NCBI GenBank assembly: GCA_965223505.1
Contig: CBDCWP010000041.1
Location: 33,800 to 97,799, forward strand
Reading direction: 5' to 3'
Source: Planctomycetota bacterium
GTDB lineage: Bacteria; Planctomycetota; PLA2; JAEUHO01
Length of the DNA stretch: 64,000 bases
Positions within the stretch are counted from its first letter, which is position 1. The number at the start of each line of letters is the position of its first letter. Below the pieces are notes generated by a model that was not told the origin of the DNA, did no database searches, and worked only from the letters and a program-made list of their open reading frames with translations. A program made the translations under genes and the position numbers. Positions 38,193 through 49,300 of the stretch are shown in pieces.

Positions 38193-41100
38193 GATCCGGC
38201 CTCTCTGGCGCGCAAGGACGCAAGGTCGGGACGGCAGATCGTCGCCCAACGACACGTCTCGCACTCCTTGGCGCGGCCTGGAGCCTTGGTGTGATCGGTC
38301 GCACGCACAGCCGCGACGGCATCGGAGGCGATTCGCTCGCAGGCGTCGAGATCACTCGCGAAGTCGGCGCGCGGCGACAGCGTCTGACCCTCACGCCGAT
38401 CGACGAAGAGCGCTTCAACGGCTTCGTCGTACACGATGCGCCGCATGCGTGTGCGGATCGCGACCCACTCCATGCCGACGACGTGAACACCCCGAAGCTG
38501 CTCCACGGCCTTCGCATAGAGCGGGAGCTGGAGGTCGGTGCCGTCGAGCGCGCCCTTGTGGCCCCCGTTCGCCCCGGACACGGAGAGCTTGTAGTCGATG
38601 ACGGAAGCGAGTCCGTCTGCGGTGTCCAGCCGGTCGATCTTGCCGCGAAGGCGGAAGCGTCCTTCACCCTGGCCGAGCCAGACGTCGTTTTCGTAGCCGA
38701 ACGTGAACTCGACGTCGCGGCGATCGGTGCCCAATGCGCTCGTCAAGCTCTGTTGACGAATTCGGAACAGGTCGATCACGCGCCTGACCTCGAGGCCGAG
38801 CAGGACACGTTCCACGTTCGTGACGGGCGCATGGGCAATCGCGCGCCGCACGATCTCCTCGACGTCGAGCGTCGGTTCCGCCACGGCCAGGCGCAGTGCC
38901 TCGTGCATCACCGTGCCCTCGTGACGGGCCTCGAAGGTCGGGCCTTCGAACGACGCTTCGTCCTGGGGGATCCCCACGACGCCTGCCAGAAAGTAGCGGT
39001 AGCGGCATTGAAGAGCGTTGTTGAGGCGCGACGCCGAGACGCGGTCGACGGATGCGCCGAACCGCGCGCGTACGTCGTCGTCGAGCGAGAGTCGATCGGC
39101 CTCGGCCCGCCACCGACGACGGCCGCGCGCTTCGACGTCCGGCCCCAGCAGTTCCAGGAGCGCGCGCGCGCGCCGGCGAGCTTCGTCTGCCGAGCCGCGC
39201 GCTCCGATGACCGTTGCGGCACTGAGTGCCAGATCGGGCCGTGTGTGACAGCGCTCGAACGCAACCGACGCCTTCCCAGGCGGTCGTGGAGTCCCCAACG
39301 GCGTCGCCGTAACGACCCGGTGGAGATCACGCAGGAAGAACGAGGGAGAGATCGGGTCGCCGTTCGTGTCGTACCCACTTCGCACCAGTACGAGCCGGCG
39401 CTGCGCGCGCGTCATGGCGACGTAGAACAGCCGGCGCTCGAACGCCTCGCGTTCGCGCACGAGCGGCAGTCTCAGCGTGCCGTCGTCCTCCGCGAGCCGT
39501 TCACGGTCCCGATCGCGGAGCAGCACGTCCTCATCGGGATGAATCGGAAACTGTCCCTCCTCGAGCCCGGCTACGAAGACGACCGGCAGCTCCCAGAATC
39601 GCGCTTCCTCCGCGCTCATCAGGCTCACGGCGTCGAGCCGGCGGTCCGGCAGACGCGCCGACGAACGCTCGAACGCCTCCGTGAGCTCGTGCACCGCCTC
39701 GGGAAGTCGCACGTCCGCGCCGAAGCCGGTTCGTTGGCCCGCCATGCGCAACGCGTCGAGCACCGACAAGACCTTCTTCGCCACGGCGACCGCCCACGTA
39801 CGACGCAGGTCGTGCGCGCGGTCGCGCGGACGCCCCCGTTCGTCGAGCCCCGCGGGCTCCGGATGCACGATCCAGTCTTCGAGCGCGGCTCGCAGATCCG
39901 CGTAGACGTCGCCGTCGTCTCGCCCGCATGCCGCGCGCGTCGACTCGAGCTCGTCGACCCACGCGCGCAACGCGTCGGGCGCCGCGCTGCGGTACGCTTC
40001 CCAGGAGATGGGGAATCCCCTCGTGCGGTGCTCCATCTCCCAGTCGTCGACGGCACCCAGCTCGTCGGCGCGTCCACGCGTCAACGCGCGCCACCGCAGG
40101 TAGGCGGTGATCTCGCGTGCTTCGAACCGGCCCGCTTCCAGCGCCCCCGATAGCAGCTGCAACGGCCCGCGCAGGGCGCGCACCAGCGGATGCGACGCCA
40201 GCGGCCTGCCCGCCCCCACCACGCGCAGCGGCACCCCCAGACGCTCGAACGCGGACTCGTAGCGGGCGACGTCGTCCATGCGCCGCACCACGACCCCGAC
40301 GTCGCGCCAGCCACGCACGAGCTCGAGCTCGTCCAGGCCGGGCTTCAGGACGATCCTGCGAATCTCCCGCGCGACGGCGTCGGCCTCGTCCTCGGCATCT
40401 CCCGCGACGATCTCCAGCACGTGCGCGCCGCCGGGCTCGGGTTCGCCGACCGCGCCGAAGAGGCGCTGACTGATCGCGTGCAGCGGCGTGCCCGGAGCGC
40501 GCGGGAACGCGGCGAGCCGCTGCTCCTCGAACCCGGCCGCCAGCAGCCGTTGCCGCACCCCGGCGGAGCTGTGAAAGAGAGCGCTGCGTTCCGGGTCGTA
40601 GCCCAGCGTGATGTGCGCCGAACCGCCTGCGGCCGTGACGGCCTCCACGAGAGCGGTCAGAATCCGCTCTTCGACCGGCGTGAAATCCTCGAACGCGTCC
40701 ACGACGAGCAGCTTCGGCGCTCGCTCGGGCGGCCGCGTTCGAAGCGCCTCGAGCATGCGGCGCAGCGAGTCCTCGTGATCCTCCAGCCGCGCCTCGCGAA
40801 GCAACGTCTCGTACGCGGCAAACACCTCGAGGAACGCCTCGAGGCGCGCGCGCGACGCCTCGTTCAGGTGCCGCGCGCCGGCGGCGAGCCGGCGGCTTGC
40901 CTCCTCGGGCGGCAGGCCGGTTTGCTTCACCTCCTTCACGAGACGTAGCAAGCGGGCGCGAAACCCGGGCCGCTCGGCGACGGGCTCGAACAGAAACGCG
41001 CCCGCGCGCGACAACGCCTCCTGCATCAAGCGGTCGCGCTCGTCGGCCGACGGGAGACTGCGCACGCGGAACGCCGCCAGGAAACGCTCGCCGGCGGACG

Positions 41101-41353
41101 TGAACGTCTTGAACGGCTCGTCCAGGATGCCGCGCACGTCCCAGCGCGACAGGGCCATGCGCTTGACGTGCAGCACCTGCGCATACGTCGGCAGGATGAG
41201 CAGCGCGTCTTCAGGCGGCGCCGCGCCGCGCCCGCGCTTGCCGGGGCGCGTGGCCGCCTCACGAATGCGCGCGAGCGCGCCGAACGTCTTGCCGCTGCCC
41301 GCCGGTCCGGTGACCAGGAGGCGCGTGGGCAGGGTCTGGGCGCCGGATTGCAT
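38189..41353 (-). CDS. addB: AddB-like inactive helicase/PD-(D/E)xK nuclease with Fe-S staple cysteines
   Basis: 'GPAGSGKT', 'SASRL...QCRYRYF', 'GKIDRLD...IDYK', 'QLPLY', 'CETCRWATIC'. ATGA-coupled to addA. Confidence 0.85.
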   Translation of the reverse strand: MQSGAQTLPTRLLVTGPAGSGKTFGALARIREAATRPGKRGRGAAPPEDALLILPTYAQVLHVKRMALSRWDVRGILDEPFKTFTSAGERFLAAFRVRSLPSADERDRLMQEALSRAGAFLFEPVAERPGFRARLLRLVKEVKQTGLPPEEASRRLAAGARHLNEASRARLEAFLEVFAAYETLLREARLEDHEDSLRRMLEALRTRPPERAPKLLVVDAFEDFTPVEERILTALVEAVTAAGGSAHITLGYDPERSALFHSSAGVRQRLLAAGFEEQRLAAFPRAPGTPLHAISQRLFGAVGEPEPGGAHVLEIVAGDAEDEADAVAREIRRIVLKPGLDELELVRGWRDVGVVVRRMDDVARYESAFERLGVPLRVVGAGRPLASHPLVRALRGPLQLLSGALEAGRFEAREITAYLRWRALTRGRADELGAVDDWEMEHRTRGFPISWEAYRSAAPDALRAWVDELESTRAACGRDDGDVYADLRAALEDWIVHPEPAGLDERGRPRDRAHDLRRTWAVAVAKKVLSVLDALRMAGQRTGFGADVRLPEAVHELTEAFERSSARLPDRRLDAVSLMSAEEARFWELPVVFVAGLEEGQFPIHPDEDVLLRDRDRERLAEDDGTLRLPLVREREAFERRLFYVAMTRAQRRLVLVRSGYDTNGDPISPSFFLRDLHRVVTATPLGTPRPPGKASVAFERCHTRPDLALSAATVIGARGSADEARRRARALLELLGPDVEARGRRRWRAEADRLSLDDDVRARFGASVDRVSASRLNNALQCRYRYFLAGVVGIPQDEASFEGPTFEARHEGTVMHEALRLAVAEPTLDVEEIVRRAIAHAPVTNVERVLLGLEVRRVIDLFRIRQQSLTSALGTDRRDVEFTFGYENDVWLGQGEGRFRLRGKIDRLDTADGLASVIDYKLSVSGANGGHKGALDGTDLQLPLYAKAVEQLRGVHVVGMEWVAIRTRMRRIVYDEAVEALFVDRREGQTLSPRADFASDLDACERIASDAVAAVRATDHTKAPGRAKECETCRWATICRPDLASLRAREAGS

Positions 41354-41433
41354 GAACCCCGCAGACTAGCGGGTTGCGGGGACGCCTCGCCAGGCCTCTG
41401 GTAGTCTGCCCCGACCCGGGGGCCGGGCAGGAG

Positions 41434-42630
41434 ATGGTGATGCGGACAGCGCTGAATCCTCGAGTCACCGTGACCGGAACCGGCTCGTATCTGCCGGAGG
41501 AGGTCATCGACAACGAGACCCTCTCCAAGATGGTGACCGGTTACGACGCCGAGAAGTCGGGCGACTTCGGCGAGTGGGTCGACCAGGTCACGCACATCCA
41601 CGAGCGCCGGTTTTGCAGCCACGCCACGCGGACGTCGGACCTCGGGCTCGAAGCATCGAAGCAGGCGCTGGCAACCGCCGGCATCGAGCCGAAGGACCTC
41701 GGCCTGATCATCTACGCGTCGTTCACGGTGAGTCAGGATCTGCCGGGCGACCACTGCATGATGGCGGAGGACATGGGCGCGCACGACGTGCCGGTGTTCC
41801 ATTTGAAGGCCGCGTGCGCCGGGTCGATCTACGGCATGGCGATGGCCTACGGCATGATCGCCTCGGGGGTGTACGAGCACGTCCTGGTCGTCGGCTCCGA
41901 GACGGCGAGCAAGGCGCTCAACTTCCACGACCCGATCACCTCGATCATCTTCGGTGACGGCGCGGGCGCGGTCGTGATGTCGCGCAAGACCTCCGACGGC
42001 GGCGGCATGCTGCCGCCGAAGCTCGGGTTCGACTACAGCCCCCGCAACATCCAGCTCGCGAACAGCAACATCCCCGTCGACGTCGCGCGTTTCCCGGATC
42101 GCGCGTCGCAGCCGGGCGTACAGCTGGTCGAGCAGGCGCTGGTGGAGATGGAAAGCGGTCCGAACGTGCTGCGCAGCGCGATCAACGCGATGGCCGGCGA
42201 GGTCGCCGCCTGCCTTGGCTACGAGCGCCGCGACATTCGGCGCAAGGACGCGGGTCTGATGGAGACGCTCCAGAAGGCGTTCGTGATTCCCCACCAGGCC
42301 AACGGACGCATCATCGACGGGCTTTGCGACAAGCTGAAGATGGAGCCGGACTACGTGACCCGGACGATCTACCGGTACGGCAACATCTCCGCGGCGAGCA
42401 ACCTGATCGCGCTCGACTACGCATTGCGGAGTGGCAACATGTCGCGGACGCTCGACGACGAGGGCCGGGTGCTCGAGATCCACGAGGGAACGGGCCGTCG
42501 GATCGCGGAGGGCGACCTGGTGTTGTTGCCTTCGATCGGCGGCGGGTACCTGATGGGTTGCGCCGGGTTCGTGGCCGAGAAGGCGTTGGTCGAGGCGGTC
42601 GGCCGGACCGAGGCGGTCGCGACGGCGTAG
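41434..42630 (+). CDS. 3-oxoacyl-ACP synthase III (FabH)-family protein
   Basis: 'TGTGSYLPE', Cys 'AACAG', 'IFGDGAGA', His 'PHQAN', Asn 'YGNISAAS'. AGGAG RBS. Confidence 0.9.
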   Translation: MVMRTALNPRVTVTGTGSYLPEEVIDNETLSKMVTGYDAEKSGDFGEWVDQVTHIHERRFCSHATRTSDLGLEASKQALATAGIEPKDLGLIIYASFTVSQDLPGDHCMMAEDMGAHDVPVFHLKAACAGSIYGMAMAYGMIASGVYEHVLVVGSETASKALNFHDPITSIIFGDGAGAVVMSRKTSDGGGMLPPKLGFDYSPRNIQLANSNIPVDVARFPDRASQPGVQLVEQALVEMESGPNVLRSAINAMAGEVAACLGYERRDIRRKDAGLMETLQKAFVIPHQANGRIIDGLCDKLKMEPDYVTRTIYRYGNISAASNLIALDYALRSGNMSRTLDDEGRVLEIHEGTGRRIAEGDLVLLPSIGGGYLMGCAGFVAEKALVEAVGRTEAVATA

Positions 42631-42667
42631 GTCGCGCATACGTGCGCCGGCCCTTGTGCGCGGGCGC

Positions 42668-42747
42668 GTAGGGGCGACTGTTGTGGTCATCACGTAGGGG
42701 CAGCCCTTGTGGCTGCCCAATTGGGCGACCACAAGGGTCGCCCCTAC
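42668..42747. repeat. GTAG-type REP cluster (one decayed REP plus an intact doublet at 42694-42747)
   Basis: GTAGGGGCAGCCCTTGTGGCTGCCC-AATT-GGGCGACCACAAGGGTCGCCCCTAC between convergent genes. Confidence 0.88.
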
Positions 42748-42762
42748 GACGGCACGCCGCCC

Positions 42763-44052
42763 CTAGCGGACGACCTTCGTGCGCTCTCCCCGGCGGACCA
42801 GCTCGATCTCGAGCGCGCCGTTGTCGTGCACCGGCCCGCGCAGCAGAGCGGGCAACATCTTCGTGCCCGTCACCGCCTGGCCGTTGACCGACAGCACGAT
42901 GTCGTTGCGCTTCATGCCCATCTGCTCGGCCTGCGATCCCGGAATCACCGACTTCACCAGCACACCCTCGTCGCGCCCCAGCGAGAGGTGGTACGCGAGC
43001 ACACTGTCCACCGGTACCACCACGATGCCGAAGGTACGCGCGGTCCTCTCCGTACGGCTCGGCGTCGTCGGCCGGAACGGCTCCAACCGGAACCCGCGCT
43101 GACCCGGCCGCACGAACTGCGTCGGTCCGAAGCTGAACGTGATACCGCTCTTGAGCTTGTCCAGGCGCTCCTTCAGGTGCGGGTGCTCCTTCTTGATCTC
43201 GTCGAGGCTCTCGCCCTTGTAGACCTTCTGGACCGGCTTGCCCTCCTCGTCCTGCTCGGTGACCGTGACGGTGGCTCCGGTGCCGTCCTCGCGCACGGTG
43301 AGCCCCTGCGACGAGAAGAACGTCGTTCCGCTCCCCCCGGGACCGATGCGAATGCTCGTTCCGCCCTGTCCCAAGAGGTCACGCCACTGCGCGAACGGAT
43401 CGAGTTGCTTCTTCAGCTCGTCCATGCCCGCATGTCGCTTGAGATCGGGATTGCGCGCGAGGATCTCGTCGAGATCACGCCCGCGATACACCTGCTCGCG
43501 CTCGACTCCGTTGGCGTCTTTCGTCTTCGCGATCAGCTTGGCTCCGTCGATCTTCTGCTCGAGCACGAGGCCGGGCGCCTTGAACCGGCGTGCGCCGAAG
43601 AAGTCCCAGCCGGGACCGCCCAGGCCGCTGCGACCGCGGTGGAGACGCTTCATCATCTCGCGAATCGCTTCCATCTGCCGCTGCAGGTCGGACTGCGCAG
43701 AGGGTTCGTCCTCGTCGTCTTCGGGCTCGATCTCCGTGCCGTCGAGCGGCTGCGCCTCGCCGCCCTTCAGGCGCCGCAGGATCTGCTCCGCCCGCCATCG
43801 GGTCTCGGGGCTTTCGCCTTTCTTGGCGGCCTCTTCGAGCGCCGGACGGGCCGCTTCGCCGATCTTCGTGAGCTCCTCGCTGGCGGCCGTGCGGGTCTGG
43901 TAGTCGTCGGCGCCGAGGCGTCGGATCAGCTCTTGGATCCGCTCTGCGTCCGCGCCCGGCTCGGGGGCCGGCGGTTCGTCCGCCAGGACCCAGGCGGCGC
44001 CGAGCGGCAGCAGCAACAACACGGTCAGCGTGAAGGCGGTGGTGCGCATCAC
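42763..44052 (-). CDS. Secreted protein with N-terminal HEAT-like module and C-terminal PDZ domain
   Basis: Signal peptide; 'LIRRLGADDYQTRTAASEELTKIG'; internal repeat 'YRGRDLDEI...P.L'/'YKGESLDEI...P.L'; PDZ 'GVLVKSVIPGSQAEQMGMKRNDIVLSVNG'. Confidence 0.85.
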   Translation of the reverse strand: MMRTTAFTLTVLLLLPLGAAWVLADEPPAPEPGADAERIQELIRRLGADDYQTRTAASEELTKIGEAARPALEEAAKKGESPETRWRAEQILRRLKGGEAQPLDGTEIEPEDDEDEPSAQSDLQRQMEAIREMMKRLHRGRSGLGGPGWDFFGARRFKAPGLVLEQKIDGAKLIAKTKDANGVEREQVYRGRDLDEILARNPDLKRHAGMDELKKQLDPFAQWRDLLGQGGTSIRIGPGGSGTTFFSSQGLTVREDGTGATVTVTEQDEEGKPVQKVYKGESLDEIKKEHPHLKERLDKLKSGITFSFGPTQFVRPGQRGFRLEPFRPTTPSRTERTARTFGIVVVPVDSVLAYHLSLGRDEGVLVKSVIPGSQAEQMGMKRNDIVLSVNGQAVTGTKMLPALLRGPVHDNGALEIELVRRGERTKVVR

Positions 44053-45005
44053 TTTTCTCCCGAATTAGGGGTTCCGGGTGTCTCCTCGAACTCGAGGAGC
44101 TCCATCTTCCCATCCCTACGTCGGACGCGTACGCGGAGTTTGTCGCCGGCCCGAATCCGGGCCTCGGCCGCCGCCAGCCGCTCCGAGGTGGGGTAGTTCC
44201 CGTCGATCTCCAGGATCGCGTCGCCCTCCGCCAGGCCCATGCGGGCCGCCGGCGATCCCTCCTCGATGGCGCCGAGGCGGACGGCAACTGCATCCTCATG
44301 CAGTGAGATGCGGGCTACGAACGCGATCTCGGCACCCGCGAAATTCGGGGCCTGCGATTCGAACCAGCTGCCACGGAGTGGAGGGCCTACGGAGAGTAGG
44401 ACGCGCCAAATCTCGGCATAGACACGATCATTCCTGTGCCGAATCAGACGCGTCATCAGACGGGCGGCTGCCTCATGGGTCGTCCCGTAGCGGAGCATCC
44501 TCGCCAACTCTGCGAGCACCGACTCGTAGATGGGTGCTCGCCCCGCATCGTCCTTCACGTCGAGGTATGCGAGGAGCAGCGCACCCGTCATCTCCGCAAT
44601 GCCCTCTGCGCCCCTCGAAAACGGCCCGCCCAGTCCCTCAAGCGCGGAGGTCTTGGACGCAGCCGGCTCGTAGTCCTCCGGAAACCGCCCGCCGTTGCGC
44701 AAGAGCACCCGGAGATCCTCACGCAAGCGCTTTCGCGAAGCGGCCTCGTCGTCGGCGTCCTCCGCGTCGTCCCCGGCGTCCATCGGCAGGTGCTCTTCGT
44801 GCAGCACGAGGTCGACCGCGACGCGCACGAAGCCGCGCTCCCCCATCTGCACGTGCAGCGCTTCTCTCGTCGCTTCGTCGAGCGCGGTGACGTCGAGATG
44901 GCGCGTGGCCCCGCCGTGCTCGTAGAGCCAGATCTCCTGCTCGACGTCTTTGGCGTGCGCGGCCACGGCGCACAGGAGAACGGAAGCAAGCCAGACGCAC
45001 CGCAT
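44049..45005 (-). CDS. Secreted protein with C-terminal PDZ domain
   Basis: Signal peptide and 'GSPAARMGLAEGDAILEIDG'. Coupled to the downstream gene. Confidence 0.8.
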   Translation of the reverse strand: MRCVWLASVLLCAVAAHAKDVEQEIWLYEHGGATRHLDVTALDEATREALHVQMGERGFVRVAVDLVLHEEHLPMDAGDDAEDADDEAASRKRLREDLRVLLRNGGRFPEDYEPAASKTSALEGLGGPFSRGAEGIAEMTGALLLAYLDVKDDAGRAPIYESVLAELARMLRYGTTHEAAARLMTRLIRHRNDRVYAEIWRVLLSVGPPLRGSWFESQAPNFAGAEIAFVARISLHEDAVAVRLGAIEEGSPAARMGLAEGDAILEIDGNYPTSERLAAAEARIRAGDKLRVRVRRRDGKMELLEFEETPGTPNSGEK

Positions 45006-45011
45006 GGGTGA

Positions 45012-46133
45012 CTACTTCTTCTTCTGCTGGTTTCTCGGGGGCTTCTTGGACTTCGAGCTCTTGGCCTTCGCCTTGGTCTTGCTCTTCGCCTCGGGCGCCT
45101 CGGCCTTCTGCTCGACCGGCGCCGGCTGCTCGGGCGGCGGCGCCAGCGGCTCGAGCCCGTTGCCCAGCGCGCGCAGGCGCGCATAGCGGGCTTCCATGCG
45201 CTCGTCGTCGTCCATCGCCGTCAGCTCGTCGAGGTGACGAACGATGACGTCCTTGACGTTGGCGATCATCTGCTTCGGGTCGCGATGGGCGCCGCCGAGC
45301 GGCTCCGGCACGACCTCGTCCACGACCTTGAGCTTCACCAGGTCGTCGCTCGTCAGGCGTAGCGCCGTCGCGGCGTCCGCCGCGCGTCCGCCGTCACGCC
45401 ACAGGATCGACGCACAACCCTCCGGCGAGATGACGGAGTAGTACGCGTACTGCTGCATGAGCACGCGGTCGCCGACGCCGATGCCCAACGCGCCACCGCT
45501 GCCGCCCTCGCCGATGACCATGCAGATCGTCGGAACCTTGAGCCGGCACATCTCGAGGATGTTCTCCGCGATCGCCCAAGCCTGGCCGCGCTCTTCCGCG
45601 CCGACGCCCGGGTAGGCGCCCGGCGTATTGATCATCGTGACGATCGGCAGGCCGAAGCGCTCGGCCAGACGCATCTTCAGCAGCGCCTTGCGGTAGCCCT
45701 CCGGATGCGCGCACCCGAAGTTGCACTTCAGCTTCTCCTTGGTGTCGCGTCCCTTGCGGTGCCCGATCATCAGGAACTTGCGGTGACCGATGCGCGCGAA
45801 GCCGGTGCTGATCGCGTGGTCGTCGCCGTACAGACGGTCGCCGTGCAGCTCGACGTACTCGTCGCACATGCCGTCGACGTATTCCATGAACTGCGGCCGG
45901 CGCGGATGCCGCGCCACCTGGACGGTCTGCCAAGGCGTGAGCTTGCCGAAGATCTCCTCGAGCAAGCGGTCGCGCTTGACCTCGAGCGGCTTCAGCTCGC
46001 CGTTGAGGTTGACGTCGGGGATCGCGCGCAGCTCGTCGATCTTCCGCTCGAGCTCGAGGATCGGGCGCTCGAAGGAGAGCACGGCGTGCTCGTCCCGTCG
46101 CTGGCCTCCGGTGCTCGACGGCGCCTCAGGCAT
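45012..46133 (-). CDS. accA: Acetyl-CoA carboxylase carboxyltransferase alpha subunit
   Basis: 'FERPILELE', 'WQTVQVARHPRRP', 'ELHGDR', 'PEGYRKA', 'GEGGSGGALG', 'YSVISPEGCASILW'. Confidence 0.97.
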   Translation of the reverse strand: MPEAPSSTGGQRRDEHAVLSFERPILELERKIDELRAIPDVNLNGELKPLEVKRDRLLEEIFGKLTPWQTVQVARHPRRPQFMEYVDGMCDEYVELHGDRLYGDDHAISTGFARIGHRKFLMIGHRKGRDTKEKLKCNFGCAHPEGYRKALLKMRLAERFGLPIVTMINTPGAYPGVGAEERGQAWAIAENILEMCRLKVPTICMVIGEGGSGGALGIGVGDRVLMQQYAYYSVISPEGCASILWRDGGRAADAATALRLTSDDLVKLKVVDEVVPEPLGGAHRDPKQMIANVKDVIVRHLDELTAMDDDERMEARYARLRALGNGLEPLAPPPEQPAPVEQKAEAPEAKSKTKAKAKSSKSKKPPRNQQKKK

Positions 46134-46332
46134 GCCTCTTCGATCCTCCGCGGTTTCGGCAGGGTCAGGGGTGCCTCCCACGGCCGCACGCGAGTGAATC
46201 GCGCCTGCCCGGCGCCCGAGGGGGCGAACAATGATATCCCAAGCCGCGGCACGGCCGCCGGATAAGGACGCCTGATTTCGGGATCACGGATCCCAACTCC
46301 ACGGGCGACCCCGGGGCGGGCACGATGCCACG

Positions 46333-49300
46333 ATGGACACCGTACCCCCCTCCGCCTCCCCCCGGAAGCCTTCCGGCCGGGGCCGACAGCGGAAACGCGC
46401 GCAGATCGTCTACCGCCTCGAGATCGGCGTACGCCCCGATCTGCTGGACCCTGCCGGGCTGGAGGCGGGCGCAAACCTCACCGACGCGGGTCTGCCCGAC
46501 GTCGCCGATGTTAGGGTCGTTCGGACGTTCTTCCTCCGCGGCCCCAAGATCTACTTCAAGCCGCAGGACGCGCTCATCGCGGCGCGCGAGGTGCTGTGCG
46601 ACCCGGTGCAGGACGACTTCGTCGTGGACGGGAACCTGCGGCTCAGGCCCGACGCCGGTTCGGCGGCGACGGGCAAGCCGCGCATCGTGACGGTCATCCG
46701 CAAGGCGGGCGTGACCAACCCGGAGGCCCAGAGCGCCAACATCGCATTGCGCGGCGTGGGTCTGAACGTCGAAGAGGTGCAGACCGCGCGCACGTACGCG
46801 GTGTGGACCCGCGCCTCCACCGCGAAGGTGCTCGCGGCGGCGCGACGCGCGCTCGGCAACGACGTCATCGAGGACGTCGTCCCCGGCCGCATCGAGGACT
46901 ACCGCTTCCCCAGCCCCAAGCCGGCGCGCGCAAAGCGACGAACCGTAAAGCTTCGCGGGCTCGCCGGGCCGGCGCTCGAGATGCTCTCCGCGAAGATGGG
47001 GCTTTCGTTGACCCGCCTCGAGATGGAGACGATCCAGGCGCACTTCAAGCAGCTCCGACGCGAACCGACCGACGTGGAGCTCGAGACGTTGGCGCAAACC
47101 TGGTCCGAGCACTGCAAGCACAAGACGCTCGCGGGCGCCGTACGCATGCGCGACGAAGACGGCGAGCGCCGCTACGAGAACCTGCTCAAGCAAACCGTCT
47201 TCGAAGCGACGAAGCGGCTGAACAAGCCGTGGTGCTGGAGCGTGTTCGTCGACAACGCCGGCGTCATCGACTTCGACGGCGAAGACGGCGTCTGCATGAA
47301 GGTGGAGACGCACAACCACCCCAGCGCCATCGAACCGTACGGGGGCGCGGGCACGGGCATCGGCGGCGTCATCCGAGACATCCTCGGCACCGGGCTCGGG
47401 GCGCGCCCGGTGGCCAACACCGACATCTTCTGCTTCGGCGACCCGTCGCTCGACAACGCCGACGTGCCGAAGGGCGCCATGCATCCGCTGCGACTGCTCA
47501 AAGGCGTCGTCTCGGGCGTTCGCGACTACGGCAACCGCATGGGCATTCCGACGGTGAACGGCGCGATCCTGTTCGACCCGCGTTACGTCGGCAACCCGGT
47601 CGTGTACGCGGGCTGCGTCGGCTTGATCCCGCGCAAGGACGTGCACAAGGCCGCTCGGCCGGGCGACCTCGTGGTCGCGTTCGGCGGACGCACGGGGCGC
47701 GACGGCATCCACGGCGCGACGTTCTCCAGCGTCGAGCTGCACGCGGAGAGCGAGACCGTCTCGTCGGGCGCGGTGCAGATCGGCGACCCCATCACCGAGA
47801 AGAAGGTGCTCGACGTGCTCCTGCAGGGCCGCGACATGGGCCTGTTCACCGCGGTGACCGACTGCGGCGCGGGCGGCTTCTCGAGCGCCGTCGGCGAGAT
47901 GGGCGAAGAGACCGGCGCCGACGTGGACCTTTCCGCGGCGCCGCTCAAGTACGAGGGGCTCGACGCCTTCGAGGTGTGGATCAGCGAGGCGCAGGAGCGC
48001 ATGGTCGCGGCCATTCCGCCCAAGAAGTGGCCGAAGTTTCGGCTGCTCTGCGAGTCGGAGAACGTCGAGGCGGTCGTGCTCGGCTCGTTCACCAGCGATC
48101 GACGCCTGAAGGTGCGCCACGGCAAGACGCTCCTGGCCGATCTCGACATGGGCTTCATGCACGACGGGCTGCCGCGCATCGAGCGCGAGGCGGTCTTCGT
48201 CGCGTCCACCGAGCGCGAGCCGAAGCTGCGCGCCCGCAAGCGCTACGACAAGGACCTGCTCGGCCTGCTTTCGATGCCGCAGATCGGCTCGAAGGAGTGG
48301 GTCATCCGCCAGTACGACCACGAGGTGCAGGCCGGCGCGGTGGTGCGGCCGCTGAGCGGTCCGAACCACGGTCCGGCCGACGCCGCGGTGTTGGCGCCTA
48401 AGCTCGGATCCAAGCGCGGCATCGTGCTCTCCAACGGCATCAATCCCGCGTACGGCGACATCGACCCGTACGCCATGGCCATGTGCGTCGTCGACGAAGC
48501 GATGCGCAACGCGGTCGCCGTCGGGGCGGATCCAGCGCGCGTCGCGATCCTGGACAACTTCACGTGGGGCAACTGCAGCCGTCCGGAGACACTCGGAACG
48601 ATCGTGCGCGCGGCGGAAGGGTGCCGCGACGCGGCGTTGCTCTTCAAGACGCCGTTCATCTCGGGCAAGGACTCGCTCAACAACGAGTTCCGAACGTCGG
48701 ACGGGACGTTGATCGTCGTACCGCCCACGCTGCTCGTCTCGGCGGTGGGCGTCATCGCGGACGTGCGCAAGACGTGCACGCTGGACCTCAAGCGCGCCGG
48801 CAACCGCATCTACGTCATCGGCGAGACGCACGACGAGTGCGGCGGCGGCCACTGGTACCGGATGCGTGGCAAGCTCGGCCGAAACGTGCCGGCGGTTCGC
48901 AAGGACGCGCTGAAGACCATGAAGTGCGTGTCGCAGCTCGTGCGGCGCGGCTGGGTGCGGGCCGCGCACGACCCGTCGGAAGGCGGCCTCGCGGTGGCGG
49001 CGGCGGAGATGGCGTTCGCATCGAATTTCGGCATGCACCTCGACCTCTCGCGCGTGCCGGCGACCACGAAGGACAACGCCAAGCTGCTGTTCAGCGAGAG
49101 CGCGTCGCGCTTCCTGCTGGAGGTGGCGCCGGAGCAGCGGGAGCACGTCGAGGCGGCGCTTCGAAAGGCGGGCGTCGCGTTCGCGAACGCGGGGCGCGTC
49201 ACGCGTGACCCGGTGATTCGCATCACGGGACGCGCCGACGTCGACGGTCGCTCCCGCAAGGTCGATCTCGTCGACGTGAAGACCGAGAAGGCCCGCACGG

